Shown: positions 8,903 through 19,109 of the stretch, piece by piece | Position numbering within the stretch: the stretch's first letter is position 1 | Layout of the letters: every line of letters starts with the position of its first letter | Assembly (NCBI GenBank): GCA_965247095.1 | Contig: OZ251997.1 | Coordinates: forward strand, 2,272,001-2,336,000 | DNA from: Candidatus Multivorans sp. | GTDB lineage: Bacteria > Acidobacteriota > Thermoanaerobaculia > Multivoradales > Multivoraceae | Length of the DNA stretch: 64,000 nt | Direction of reading: 5' to 3' | Translations under genes and position numbers: made by a program | The notes under the pieces: model-generated | Seen by the model: only the letters and a program-made list of their open reading frames with translations | Databases searched by the model: none | Told to the model about the DNA's origin: nothing

Positions 8903-9003
8903 CAACCGACACCTCCGAGCGCGGGCTCGAACGTTTCATCTGCAAGCACTGGATGTCCGAGACCGTCTTCAACCGCGCGTACGATCAGGCGGGGGCACCG
9001 TGA
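8899..9003 (+). pseudogene. hsdR: hsdR collapsed to 34 codons (N-terminus joined to C-terminus)
   Basis: MTTDTSERGLERFIC-KHWMSETVFNRAYDQAGAP*; the halves resemble the usual HsdR start (TDTSE.GLE) and end (W..DTVF..TY); ATGA and GTGA overlaps with both neighbours. Confidence 0.65.
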
Positions 9004-10229
9004 ACACACGCGCCATTCTCATCGGGCTGGCGCTCGGTCTGGGGCTCGGAATCGCCGCGTCCGCGACGGGGTCGCCCGCGCTGCTGCGGGCCGCCGAGGC
9101 GGTCGAGCCGCTCGGCCAGGTCTTCCTGCGCGCGATCCAGATGGTCGTCATCCCGTTGGTGGCGGCGGTCGTCTTCGTCGGGGTGGGCCGGATCGGCGAC
9201 CTGCGGAAGCTCGGCCGGCTGGGGGGACTGGCCGTGGGCTTCTTCTGGGCAACGACCCTGCCGGCGATCCTGATCGGAATGGGGGTGATGGGCTTCGCCC
9301 TCACGTTCACGGCGCCCGTAGCGCCGCCCACGCCCGCCGCGGATCTGGACGCCGCGACGCCGGGCATGGTCGACTTCCTGGTCAACCTCGTCCCTCGGAA
9401 TCCGGTCCAGGTCGCCGCCGACGGCGCCCTGCTCTCCCTCCTCATCTTCATCGTCCTCCTGGCCGCGGCGACGACCACCCTGCCGAGCGAGAAACAGCGG
9501 ACGCTGACGTCTTTCGCGGAGGCCCTCGGGGACGCTCTGACCAGGCTGATGAGCTGGATCCTGTGGACCGCGCCGGTGGGTGTCTTCGGTCTTGCGGCGC
9601 CGGTGATCGCGAAAACGGGGGCGGCGATGCTGCAGAACCTTGCCGTCTTCATCGTCGCCGTCGTGGTCGGCCTCTTCATCCTGAAGGGCCTCGTTCTCCT
9701 GCCCCTGGTCTGGATCCTGGGCGGCGTGCCGCCCGGGCGCTTCATCCGGGCGACCGTGGGCACATACACCGTGGGCTTCACCACGACGACGTCCGTGGGG
9801 ACACTGCCGATGATGCTGCAGGAGGCGAAGCAACTCGGCCTGTCCGAGCGCAAGTACACGCTGATCCTGCCGCTGGCGGCGTCGATCAACCGTCCGGGCA
9901 GCGCGCTGTTTCAGAGCGCGTCGCTCGTCTTCCTGGCCGCCATGTACGGCGTGCCGCTCGACGCGGGGCTGATCGCCGCGGCGGTGGTGGCGATCTTCCT
10001 CGCCGCGATGACGGTCGCTCCCGTGCCCAGCGCCAGCATCGTGTCGATGGCGCCAGCCCTGGACGTGGTGGGCGTTCCCCTGGCGGGACTCGGCATCCTG
10101 CTGGGGATCGACCGCGTACCCGACGTCTTCCGCTCCGCGGCCAACGTGATCGGCCACATGTGCGCCGCGACCACGGTCGACGCGATGACCCGTCGCGACG
10201 GCGAGGAGCCGGCCGGCCGAGCCGAGTAA
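9000..10229 (+). CDS. Dicarboxylate/amino acid:cation symporter (DAACS family)
   Basis: GQVFLRAIQMVVIPLV, FTTTTSVGTLP, LPLAASINRPGSA, GIDRVPDVFRSAANV; many hydrophobic segments. Confidence 0.92.
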   Translation: MNTRAILIGLALGLGLGIAASATGSPALLRAAEAVEPLGQVFLRAIQMVVIPLVAAVVFVGVGRIGDLRKLGRLGGLAVGFFWATTLPAILIGMGVMGFALTFTAPVAPPTPAADLDAATPGMVDFLVNLVPRNPVQVAADGALLSLLIFIVLLAAATTTLPSEKQRTLTSFAEALGDALTRLMSWILWTAPVGVFGLAAPVIAKTGAAMLQNLAVFIVAVVVGLFILKGLVLLPLVWILGGVPPGRFIRATVGTYTVGFTTTTSVGTLPMMLQEAKQLGLSERKYTLILPLAASINRPGSALFQSASLVFLAAMYGVPLDAGLIAAAVVAIFLAAMTVAPVPSASIVSMAPALDVVGVPLAGLGILLGIDRVPDVFRSAANVIGHMCAATTVDAMTRRDGEEPAGRAE

Positions 10230-10299
10230 CCACCCAAGAGCCGTTACCCTCTCGCTACCTGACGCAAGACGACCATCAGCCAAACCGGGAGGCTTCGCC

Positions 10300-12912
10300 A
10301 TGTTGAATCGACGCCAGTCCGCAAACCGCCTCGTGCTCCTCTCTCCGCTTGTCCTGGCGCTCGTCACCCATGGATGCACCGGCGGCGACTCCGACGACTA
10401 CCTGACGCCCGACCTGCGACAACGCGTCGAGGCGCTGAAGCTGGAGGCGCCTGAAAGCACCGACGACATCGCCGTCCTGTCCGACCGACTCGACACGCTG
10501 TGGCAGTGGGCGAACGCCTACTCGCTCACCGGTGGGCCAGTACCCGACGCCTTCCCTCAACTCCTCGCCAACGTGAATCGCACGCTGCGGGGAATCGGGG
10601 GCGGCGCCGTGGTCCCGACTGACTTCGTGCCCGAGTTCATCCGGCTCTACACCCGCGAGTTTCAGATCAAGGACGAGCACCCCGGCGCGATGGGCTCGCT
10701 ACGTTTCGACCCGCCCGGGCCCTTCCACGCAGGGGACCAGGTCGAGATCCGGCAGATCTACACGGTGGGCACGCTGGGCATGGCGGAGGGAGGCGGCCTC
10801 CTGGTCCGGGCCGCGCGGACCGGCATTCAGGCTGAAGACCCGGCGGGCCAGAACTACGTCACCGTCGAAAGCTCGAATCCAGACGCGACGCTGACCGCCA
10901 GCGACCCCTGGGACAACTGGCAGGGGATGCACTTCCGCTCTCGGTCCGGCCCGGTGCGCCCAGGCGTACCGCGCACCTTGATTCCGCTTCGCCTGAGCGG
11001 GGCGGCGCTCGACGAAGGCGACACGATCACGGTCACCTACGGCGACACCTCCGGCGGCGGACCCGGCTTTCGGCTCCAGGAATCGTCAAGCGACCAGGTG
11101 ATCCTGCACGTCTACGTCGACATCGAGGGCAAGGGCGACCTCTTCCGGCCGACCTGGCCATCGTTCGAGGTGCTGGGCCGCGACGAGGTCCGCTACGTCA
11201 ACACTGTCGCGCCCTCCATCGTCGCGCCGGACGAGCCCTTCACCCTCGCCGTCCGCGCCGAGGACCGGATGAAGAACCTCTCATCCGGCGTCATGCCCGC
11301 GCTCGAGGTTCTAGTCAACGGCGAGCCGTTCCGAAGCATCGCGGCCGGCAGTCCGGCGATCTCACTGCTCGAGGACGTGACCCTCGCCGAGCCCGGCGTC
11401 TACCGCTTCTCGGTGCAGAACGAGGACGGATCGATCCGCGCGACGAGCAATCCTGTCCGGGTCGAGGACGACCCGGCAAACCGCGTCTACTGGGGTGAGA
11501 CCCACGGCCACACCGCCTTCGCCGAGGGGCAGGGATCGCCAGACGGCTACTACCGGTTCGGGCGCGATGTGGCCCGGCTCGACTTCCTGAGCCTCTCCGA
11601 GCACGACATCTGGATGGACGACAGCGAGTGGCGGAAGCTGCAGGAGCTGGTCGAGGACTACCGGATCGAAGGCCAATTCACGACCATCCTCGGCTTCGAG
11701 TGGACCTCGCGGTCGCCGCTCGGCGGGCACCACAACGTCTTCTTCCGCGACACGCCGAGCCGCAGCCGAGTGCCCAATCAGAAGGCGCCCCTGCTCGACG
11801 AGTTGTACGCCGGACTCCGCCGCGAGAACAGCACCGACGACGTGCTGGTCATCCCGCACGCGCACCAGCCCGGCGACTGGACGAACAGCGATCCGGAGAT
11901 GGAACGCCTGGTCGAGATCCAGTCGGGCCACGGCACGTTCGACTGGTTCGGCAACAAGTACCTGCAGAACGGGTTCGAGGTCGGCTTCATCGGCGCGTCC
12001 GACAACCACAACGGACACCCCGGCTACTCCGGGATCGGCAACCGGCAGTTGGGCGGCCTGGCTGCCGTCATCGCGTCGGAGAACAACGCGGACGCGATCT
12101 TCACCGCGCTGCGCGATCGCGCCGCCTACGCCACGACCGGCGAACGAATCCTTCTCGAAGCGACACTGAACGGCGCCCGAATGGGAACGCGCCAGGACGA
12201 CGCCGAGGCGCGCCGGATCGACTGCCGGGTGAACGGGACGGCGCCCATCGATGCGATCGACGTGATCAAGAACGGCACGATCGTCTACACCAGGAGGTAC
12301 CTGGAGAGCGAGCTGTCCGAAGAGGCCCGGGTGCAGATCACGTTCGAGTCGTCGACCGAGATCCACAGCGAGCGCACGCCGCCTCGCGGCGGGCGGCCGT
12401 GGAAGGGCTCAATCCGCGTCGCCGGAGCAAGACTGATCGGGTACGACGATCCCTGGTTCACGCAGCCCGCGACCTATCGCGTCGCCCGCGCAACGGAGGA
12501 CCACAACCGGATCGACTTCGACTTCCCCACCCGCGGGCGCCCGAAGTCGCTGGTCCTCGAGTTGCGCGGCGCCAGCCCGGACACAGTGGTCACCGTCGAG
12601 ATGGAGACGACGACGGAGTCCCGCGGCTCGGGCGGCTACGTCCGCGTGCCCCAGGAACTGCCGGCGAACACGGTGCGCTTCCGCCTGGGCGATCTGAAGG
12701 GCCAGGTCGACCGCCGCGAGTATCAGGTGCTCGAGCACACGGATGCACTCTCCGCGCAGGTCGTGACCGAGGGGCAAGCTCTCGACCAGGACTTCAGCTT
12801 TGTCGATCAGGGTGACATTCGGCCCGGCGACTACTACTACCTGCGGGTGCGTCAGATCGACGGCAGCATGGCGTGGTCGAGCCCTTTCTGGGTGGGCGAA
12901 AGCTCCGGGTAG
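10300..12912 (+). CDS. Exported DUF3604/PHP-like metallohydrolase, probable lipoprotein
   Basis: Signal peptide with THGC lipobox; YWGETHGHT, SEHD, GFEWT, HHNV, GASDNH; C-terminal YYYLRVRQIDGSMAWSSPFW. Confidence 0.75.
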   Translation: MLNRRQSANRLVLLSPLVLALVTHGCTGGDSDDYLTPDLRQRVEALKLEAPESTDDIAVLSDRLDTLWQWANAYSLTGGPVPDAFPQLLANVNRTLRGIGGGAVVPTDFVPEFIRLYTREFQIKDEHPGAMGSLRFDPPGPFHAGDQVEIRQIYTVGTLGMAEGGGLLVRAARTGIQAEDPAGQNYVTVESSNPDATLTASDPWDNWQGMHFRSRSGPVRPGVPRTLIPLRLSGAALDEGDTITVTYGDTSGGGPGFRLQESSSDQVILHVYVDIEGKGDLFRPTWPSFEVLGRDEVRYVNTVAPSIVAPDEPFTLAVRAEDRMKNLSSGVMPALEVLVNGEPFRSIAAGSPAISLLEDVTLAEPGVYRFSVQNEDGSIRATSNPVRVEDDPANRVYWGETHGHTAFAEGQGSPDGYYRFGRDVARLDFLSLSEHDIWMDDSEWRKLQELVEDYRIEGQFTTILGFEWTSRSPLGGHHNVFFRDTPSRSRVPNQKAPLLDELYAGLRRENSTDDVLVIPHAHQPGDWTNSDPEMERLVEIQSGHGTFDWFGNKYLQNGFEVGFIGASDNHNGHPGYSGIGNRQLGGLAAVIASENNADAIFTALRDRAAYATTGERILLEATLNGARMGTRQDDAEARRIDCRVNGTAPIDAIDVIKNGTIVYTRRYLESELSEEARVQITFESSTEIHSERTPPRGGRPWKGSIRVAGARLIGYDDPWFTQPATYRVARATEDHNRIDFDFPTRGRPKSLVLELRGASPDTVVTVEMETTTESRGSGGYVRVPQELPANTVRFRLGDLKGQVDRREYQVLEHTDALSAQVVTEGQALDQDFSFVDQGDIRPGDYYYLRVRQIDGSMAWSSPFWVGESSG

Positions 12913-12945
12913 GCTCAATGGAACCCTAGAACAAGGAGATCCGAG

Positions 12946-14025
12946 ATGCGGAAGACCCTCGCGCTGTTTTCCCTGCTGCTCGTGTCGGGCGGCGGCGCCG
13001 TCACCGTGGCGGCCGCCGACGACATCCCCCGAACCGCCAGCGGCAAGCCCGACTTCACCGGCCGCTACGACATCCGCTCGTTGACGCCCTTCGAGCGCCG
13101 ACCTGAGCGCGGCGAGGAACTCGTACTCAGTCCGGAGGAGGCCGCCGAGGTCGAGGCCGTGCAGGCTCAGCGGGTCCTGGCCGGCGACGCGGCCAGTGCG
13201 CCGGATCGCCCGCCGCCGGAGAAGGGCGCCTTCATCGACCGGCAGAGCTACAACTACGCCTGGTTCGATCCGGGCCACACGATGTTCAAGATCGACGGGG
13301 ACTACCGCACGTCGGTGCTGACGAACCCGTCGAACGGACGATTGCCGCCGCTGACGGAGGCCGCGAAGGCCCGCCGTGCGTCCCTTCCGGTGTTCATCTG
13401 GATGCAGGACGACGGCACGGCATGGTGGCTGGAGACGGGCGACACGCCGTTCGACAGCCCCGACACGATGGTCCTGGGGGTGCGCTGCATCTACCAGCCG
13501 GTCGCTTCGATTCCGATCCGTTCGATCTCCTACAACAACCTGAAGACGATCGTGCAGACCGACGATCACCTGATCATCCACATCGAGTGGATGCACTGGA
13601 CGCGCGTCATTCGTATCGACTCCGAGCATGCGCCCTCCGACATCCGCTCCTACTCCGGCGACTCGATCGGCTCGTGGGACGGCGACACCCTGGTCGTCGA
13701 GACGACCAACTTCCGTCGTGAAGCAGCACCTCAGATGTTGCACGGTCGAGAGTCGGCGGGCGTGCCGCGCGGCGCGATGAAGGTCACCGAGCGCTTCAGC
13801 CCGATCGACGGCCAGTCTCTCCTCTACCAGTTCGAGGTCGAGGACGCGGAGTACACAGCGCCCTACGCCGGCGAGATGCCGTGGCCGAAGACGGACCAGT
13901 ACAACTACGAGTACGCCTGCCACGAGGGCAACTACTCGATGCTGGGCCAACTCAAGGGGGCGCGGCAGCTCGAAAAAGAGTGGATCGCGGCCGGCAAGCC
14001 GGTGAAGGACGAAAGCGGGGAGTAG
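12946..14025 (+). CDS. Secreted uncharacterised protein (PRTxxGKPD...GDSIGxWxGDTLVVETTNF...EYACHEGN family)
   Basis: AAGGAG RBS, signal peptide; paralogous to 41868-42965 and 43456-44277. Confidence 0.85.
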   Translation: MRKTLALFSLLLVSGGGAVTVAAADDIPRTASGKPDFTGRYDIRSLTPFERRPERGEELVLSPEEAAEVEAVQAQRVLAGDAASAPDRPPPEKGAFIDRQSYNYAWFDPGHTMFKIDGDYRTSVLTNPSNGRLPPLTEAAKARRASLPVFIWMQDDGTAWWLETGDTPFDSPDTMVLGVRCIYQPVASIPIRSISYNNLKTIVQTDDHLIIHIEWMHWTRVIRIDSEHAPSDIRSYSGDSIGSWDGDTLVVETTNFRREAAPQMLHGRESAGVPRGAMKVTERFSPIDGQSLLYQFEVEDAEYTAPYAGEMPWPKTDQYNYEYACHEGNYSMLGQLKGARQLEKEWIAAGKPVKDESGE

Positions 14026-14028
14026 CCC

Positions 14029-14886
14029 TCAGATCATGCTGTAGCCGGAGCCCTGGCGCTCCGTGCCGAGGCCCCGCGCCTTCTCGATCCAGCCGAACTC
14101 CTCCAGGATCGCCTGGCTGTACGTCACCCGGCCGGTGACGCGGTCGAGCGGTTCGGTGGCCAGTAGCAGGGCGGCCTCGGCCATGATCTCGACCGTTTCG
14201 GCCTCGTTCGGATCGCGGCCTTCCATCAGGCGGTGGTGGACGACGCCGGGTGTGGGCACGATCTGGGACGGGCTGTAGCAGGTCACCGAGATGCCGTGCT
14301 CGTAGACCTCGGAGGCGAGGCCCTGGGTGAAGCGCTCCAGGGCCGCCTTCTCGGCGCCGTAGAGGGAACCGCCGGCGAACTGCGGGCCGGTGTAGGGACC
14401 GCGGCCCGGGCCGATCGCGGCGCCCGAGGAGACGTTGACGATACTGCCGGTTCCGCGCTCGATCATCCCGGGCAGCACGAGCTTCGAGAGGTAGAACGGC
14501 GCGTGGAAGTTGACCGCGGTCGAGCGCATCCACTTGTTGATCGGAAAGTCCACGACGGGGATGAAGTAGGTCAGAGCCGCGTTGTTGACCAGCACGTCGA
14601 CCGGCCCCAGAGCATCGCGCACCTCGCCGACCAGCCGTTCGCAGTTGTTGTATTCGGACACGTCGCAGGCGAAGGCCGCCGCGTCGCCGCCGGCCGCCCG
14701 AATCTCCTCGATCGTCGTCTCGAGCGAACCGCCCAGGTAGTGAGCGCCCTCGGACACGGTACGCGCCGAGCAGGCGACGCGCGCGCCGTGCTCCGCGAAC
14801 AGTTCGGCGATCGCCTTGCCGATGCCGCGGCTCGCTCCGGTGACCAGGGCGACTTTGCCTTCGAGCTTCTTCTCTGCCTGTGTCAT
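14029..14886 (-). CDS. SDR family oxidoreductase
   Basis: TGASRGIG, NNA and YGAEK (YxxxK) motifs; AGGAGG upstream. Confidence 0.92.
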   Translation of the reverse strand: MTQAEKKLEGKVALVTGASRGIGKAIAELFAEHGARVACSARTVSEGAHYLGGSLETTIEEIRAAGGDAAAFACDVSEYNNCERLVGEVRDALGPVDVLVNNAALTYFIPVVDFPINKWMRSTAVNFHAPFYLSKLVLPGMIERGTGSIVNVSSGAAIGPGRGPYTGPQFAGGSLYGAEKAALERFTQGLASEVYEHGISVTCYSPSQIVPTPGVVHHRLMEGRDPNEAETVEIMAEAALLLATEPLDRVTGRVTYSQAILEEFGWIEKARGLGTERQGSGYSMI

Positions 14887-14900
14887 TCGGCTTCCCTCCT

Positions 14901-16397
14901 TCATCCGTCGTAGGCGTCTCGATACCGCTCGCGCAGCACCTTCTTCTGCACCTTCCCCATGGCGTTGCGAGGCAGCTCGTCGATCCAGTAGAAGCGGCGC
15001 GGGTGCTTGAATCGCGCCAGACCCGAGTCGAGCGCCGCGCGGAGCGTATCGTCGCTGACCGGCGCCTGCTCAGCGACCAGCACCGCCACGACCCCTTCGC
15101 CCAGGTCGGCGTGCGGCGCGCCGATCACGGCGCACTCCCGAACGCCCGCCACTTCGTCCAGGCGGTCCTCGACTTCCTTGGGGTAGACGTTGAAGCCGCC
15201 GGCGATGATCAGGTCCTTGCCCCGGCCGACCAGGGACACCCGGCCTTCGGCGTCGAGGCTGGCGAGGTCGCCGGAGACGAAGAAACCGTCGCCGCGCATC
15301 TCCTCGGCCGTCTTCTCCGGCAGCCCCCAGTAGCCGGGGAACAGGTTCGGGCCGCGGATCTCCAGCATGCCCACCTCGCCCGCAGGCAGTTCGGCGCCGC
15401 TCTCGTTCACGACCCGCACCTCGACGCCCGGCAGCGGAAAGCCGACCGTGCCCGCGATCCGCTCGCCGCGGAGCGGATTCGACGCGATCATTCCCGCTTC
15501 CGTCATCCCGTAGCGCTCCAGGATCCGGTGGCCGGTGCGAGCCTCGAAGTCGCTGAAGACGGCCTCGGTCAGCGGTGCCGAACCGGAAACGAACAGCCGG
15601 ATGTTCTCGCAGTCCGCGCTCCCGAAACCGGGCTCGGCCAGCAGCCGCGAGTAGAACGTCGGCACGCCCATCAGGACCGTCGCCTCGGGCAGCAGACGGC
15701 GCACCTCCGCAGCATCGAAGCTGGGCACAAAGAGCACCTTCGAGGCGTTGAGGAACGCCGTGTGAAGCGCCACGAACAAGCCGTGGACGTGGAAAATCGG
15801 CAGCGCGTGGAGCAGCACATCGCCCGGCTCGAAGCCCCAGATCTCGTGCAGGGAGAGCGCGTTCGAAGTCAGGTTCCCATGCGTGATCATCGCCCCCTTG
15901 GACCGACCCGTGGTGCCCGACGTGTAGCAGATGGCGGCCAGGTCGTCGTCGTCGCGGGGTTGGCTTGCCGGGTCGGGATCGAGAGTCTGCGCCTCGCGCC
16001 ACAGGGCGTCGATGCCGACGACCTCCGGCCCTTCCCCGGCCGCCCGGTCGTCCGCCGACGCGCCGCCACGCACCACCACCCGCGGTCCGGCGTCCCCAAC
16101 GAAGAACGCCACCTCACGCTCCGTGTAGGCGGTGTTCAAGGGCACGTAGACGCCGCCGCAGCGCAACACGCCCAGGTACAGCGCCACAGCCTCGACCGAC
16201 TTCGACACCTGGACCAGGACCCGGTCCCCCGGATCCACGCCGCGTCCACGCAGCGCCGCCGCGAACTGGGCCGACGCGCGATCCAGATCGCCGTAGCTCC
16301 ATTCCGTGTCCGTACCGCCGTCGCCTCCCAGCACGAGACTCGGGCGATCGACTGAGGGTTCGAAGCGTTCGCGGAGTAGGGCGAAGAGGTTCGTCAT
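14901..16397 (-). CDS. matB: Malonyl-CoA synthetase-like acyl-CoA ligase
   Basis: YTSGTTGRSKGAM, HALPIFHVHGLFVA, ILERYGMTE, LPRNAMGKVQK. Confidence 0.85.
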   Translation of the reverse strand: MTNLFALLRERFEPSVDRPSLVLGGDGGTDTEWSYGDLDRASAQFAAALRGRGVDPGDRVLVQVSKSVEAVALYLGVLRCGGVYVPLNTAYTEREVAFFVGDAGPRVVVRGGASADDRAAGEGPEVVGIDALWREAQTLDPDPASQPRDDDDLAAICYTSGTTGRSKGAMITHGNLTSNALSLHEIWGFEPGDVLLHALPIFHVHGLFVALHTAFLNASKVLFVPSFDAAEVRRLLPEATVLMGVPTFYSRLLAEPGFGSADCENIRLFVSGSAPLTEAVFSDFEARTGHRILERYGMTEAGMIASNPLRGERIAGTVGFPLPGVEVRVVNESGAELPAGEVGMLEIRGPNLFPGYWGLPEKTAEEMRGDGFFVSGDLASLDAEGRVSLVGRGKDLIIAGGFNVYPKEVEDRLDEVAGVRECAVIGAPHADLGEGVVAVLVAEQAPVSDDTLRAALDSGLARFKHPRRFYWIDELPRNAMGKVQKKVLRERYRDAYDG

Positions 16398-16454
16398 GAG
16401 AAACTGGTCGCGGTCGGAAGATCGTCGATCCTACGCGTGTTGCAGCCTTCGTCC

Positions 16455-17822
16455 ATGCCCCCGATCCGTGCGCCCCTCTGTTCCCGACGCCCCAGGGCGC
16501 TGCCCCTCATCGCCGCCCTCCTGGTGGCGGTTCTCACCGCCTGCACGGACGATCCGGTCGCCGAGACCCTGACGCTCGAGTTCTTCCCGGAGTCGGCGAA
16601 CGCGCCGAGTCCTGCCGGAGACGATGCCGCCGCCGCGCCGCCGGACCCCGGCGGCTACGTGCGAGTCGAGGCTCAGGTCGACATCCGGCGCCACATGATC
16701 CCGAAGGACAACTCGCTCATTGCGCGCCGCGTCAACGACCGTGTCGAAGCGCTGATGAACGAGTACGACCCCTGGCACATCCGGTTCGACCGCGTCTTCG
16801 AGCCGGTCGCCGACGGCGCCGAGTGGCGGCGGGCCGGAAGAGAACTCACCAGCTACCGTCGCTGGGCGCTGACGGCCGACCCGAACAGCGCGCTGCAGGA
16901 CTTCTTCGTCGACACCCCGATGCGGCCCGTCTTCGAGGTCTGGGACAACGAACGCCGGCTGCCCGATCAAAGGCGGCCGCCGCCCCAGACCGTCATCCTC
17001 GCGTTCGTGTTCGCGGGCGGCACCCGGGCGACGGCGGGCGAGTCGTCCACCGCCTACCGCGGCTTTCGCGACTTCGCGGCCGATGCCGCGCGCTACCAGC
17101 GACGCGTCGCGGCCCTGTGGAAGTACATGGACGAGAATCCGGGCCGCCGCTTTGAGACTCTGCGGGGACTGTTCGCCGCCGGCGAGGGCGAGGAACTGCC
17201 GGAGTCGCAGTTGATTGCACCACCGCGACAACTGGCGCCGTTTGCTGAGCAACCGCCGGTCCGCCGCGGTTCCGAGAGTCTCCCGCGGCTCCGCGACCTG
17301 GAGATCGAGCTGATCGAAAGGGTCGTCACCGCCGGCGAACCGCTGCTCAAGATCTTCGAAGTGCCGAAGGACGACTCCTTCACGCTGCAGGAGCTGTCGC
17401 GCCGGGTGTTCGACCCGTTCCCCGGCGTCGTCACCGCCAAGCCTGACGGCAGCGTCGTCGAAGCGGTCGGATTCGTCGAGGGCAGCGGCGGCTACCGCAT
17501 CCCCTCACTCGACCTCTGGAGCGCCTACCGGGCCCTGGACGGCCTGTTCGTGTCGCCCGATCCGCTCGTCTTTCTGCTCGAGACCCAGCAGGACGACTTC
17601 GGGTGCGACGAGGACGACGACGCCTGCAGGAACAACGCGCGGGTCGCCGCCTTCCTCCAGAGCGGGTCCTTTCGCGCCAGTCCGGGCTCCTCGACCCGGA
17701 TCCAGCAGGCGCTGGAGGCCGAACTGCGGCCCCTCGACGAGTACCGCCTGGTCTGGATCCGCGGCGGCGCCGACGAGAGCGCCGGCAAAGCCACTGCGGC
17801 CGACATCGAGACGGGCGAGTAG
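16455..17822 (+). CDS. Hypothetical lipoprotein
   Basis: Long ORF with genome-like codon usage; hydrophobic stretch ending in LTAC lipobox. Confidence 0.7.
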   Translation: MPPIRAPLCSRRPRALPLIAALLVAVLTACTDDPVAETLTLEFFPESANAPSPAGDDAAAAPPDPGGYVRVEAQVDIRRHMIPKDNSLIARRVNDRVEALMNEYDPWHIRFDRVFEPVADGAEWRRAGRELTSYRRWALTADPNSALQDFFVDTPMRPVFEVWDNERRLPDQRRPPPQTVILAFVFAGGTRATAGESSTAYRGFRDFAADAARYQRRVAALWKYMDENPGRRFETLRGLFAAGEGEELPESQLIAPPRQLAPFAEQPPVRRGSESLPRLRDLEIELIERVVTAGEPLLKIFEVPKDDSFTLQELSRRVFDPFPGVVTAKPDGSVVEAVGFVEGSGGYRIPSLDLWSAYRALDGLFVSPDPLVFLLETQQDDFGCDEDDDACRNNARVAAFLQSGSFRASPGSSTRIQQALEAELRPLDEYRLVWIRGGADESAGKATAADIETGE

Positions 17823-17933
17823 CCGCTCCGGGGCCGGTACAATCCGGCGCTGAGTTACGGAGCGCGAAGCGGAGGAGCCACGGTCTGCTGAATCAGGAAC
17901 CGCCGCGCAAGACCTGATCTTCACGAGGTGCCA

Positions 17934-19109
17934 ATGACCCGTTCGACCTTCATCCGACCCAACCTGTGTCTGTGCCGCGCCGCGGCGCTTCCGATTGCCG
18001 TTCTCCTGCTTCTGGCGGCCGCCGGTCCAGCCCCCGCGCAGCGGTCCTACCCCTACCCGCCCGACATGGAGGGAACGACCGCGGAGGTCTACCGCACCGT
18101 CGGCGATGTCGAACTGAACATCTACCTGTGCAACCCCGAGGGCCATTCGGCCGAGGACCAGCGACCCGCGATCGTGTTCTTCTTCGGCGGTGGCTGGCGT
18201 GCCGGTTCGCCGCAGCAGTTCCTGCCCCACTGCCGCTACCTCGCCGGGCGCGGCATGGTCGCCGCCGTGGCCGACTACCGGGTGGCCAGCCGCCACGGGG
18301 TGACGGCGAACGAGTGCGTCGAGGACGCGAAGAGCGCGGTCCGCTGGCTGCGGGCGAACGCGGACCGGCTCGGCATCGATCCGGACCGCATCGCCGCCGG
18401 CGGCGGCTCGGCGGGCGGCCACCTGGCCGCGGCCACCGCCACCCTGCCGGGCCACGATCCCGATCCCGACGGACCGAGCCCGGCCCCCAACGCCCTGGTC
18501 CTGTTCAATCCCGCGACCGTCCTGGCGCCGGTCGACGGCGGTCCGAAGCCCTCCGACGAGGAGCTCGAGCGGTTCGAAGCGCTCGCCAAGCGCGTCGGCG
18601 CGCCGGTCGAGTCGATGTCGCCCTACCACAATCTGCGGCCCGGGCTGCCTCCGACCATCCTCTTCCATGGCGACGCCGACGCCACTGTTCCCTTTAGCAC
18701 GGCAGACCAGTTCTGCCGCGGTATGCGGGCACACAAGGCCCGATGCGATCTCGTCATCTACCACGGCAAGGACCACGGCTTCTTCAACTTCGGCCGCGGC
18801 GAGGGCGACGAGAAGAACAAGATGTACGAGGACACCGTCTACCGGATGGACGGCTTTCTGTACTCCCTGGAATGGCTCGACCCCAAGCCGAACCCCGACG
18901 GCACGCCCGGGAAGCGCCTGACCTGGGAAGAGTCGCTCGGCAACGCACTCGGCAATCAGCGTCTCCCCGCAGCGGTCGGCGAGATCAAGGACGATCTGGA
19001 ACGCCGCGCCGCTACCGCGGCGGCCTCTGAAGACGCGGATAGCAACGGCGAAGAGTCGACCCCGCCTGACGGCAAACAGGTGGACAACGACGACGTCGAG
19101 CACGAGTGA
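17934..19109 (+). CDS. Secreted alpha/beta hydrolase (esterase)
   Basis: FFGGGW oxyanion loop, GGSAGGHLA nucleophile, HGDAD, HGFFN. Confidence 0.9.
   Translation: MTRSTFIRPNLCLCRAAALPIAVLLLLAAAGPAPAQRSYPYPPDMEGTTAEVYRTVGDVELNIYLCNPEGHSAEDQRPAIVFFFGGGWRAGSPQQFLPHCRYLAGRGMVAAVADYRVASRHGVTANECVEDAKSAVRWLRANADRLGIDPDRIAAGGGSAGGHLAAATATLPGHDPDPDGPSPAPNALVLFNPATVLAPVDGGPKPSDEELERFEALAKRVGAPVESMSPYHNLRPGLPPTILFHGDADATVPFSTADQFCRGMRAHKARCDLVIYHGKDHGFFNFGRGEGDEKNKMYEDTVYRMDGFLYSLEWLDPKPNPDGTPGKRLTWEESLGNALGNQRLPAAVGEIKDDLERRAATAAASEDADSNGEESTPPDGKQVDNDDVEHE

Noticed and set aside
2084-9003. Integron cassette array
   Set aside because: No integron integrase in the window and no recognisable attC sites between modules; the spacers are hsd gene fragments
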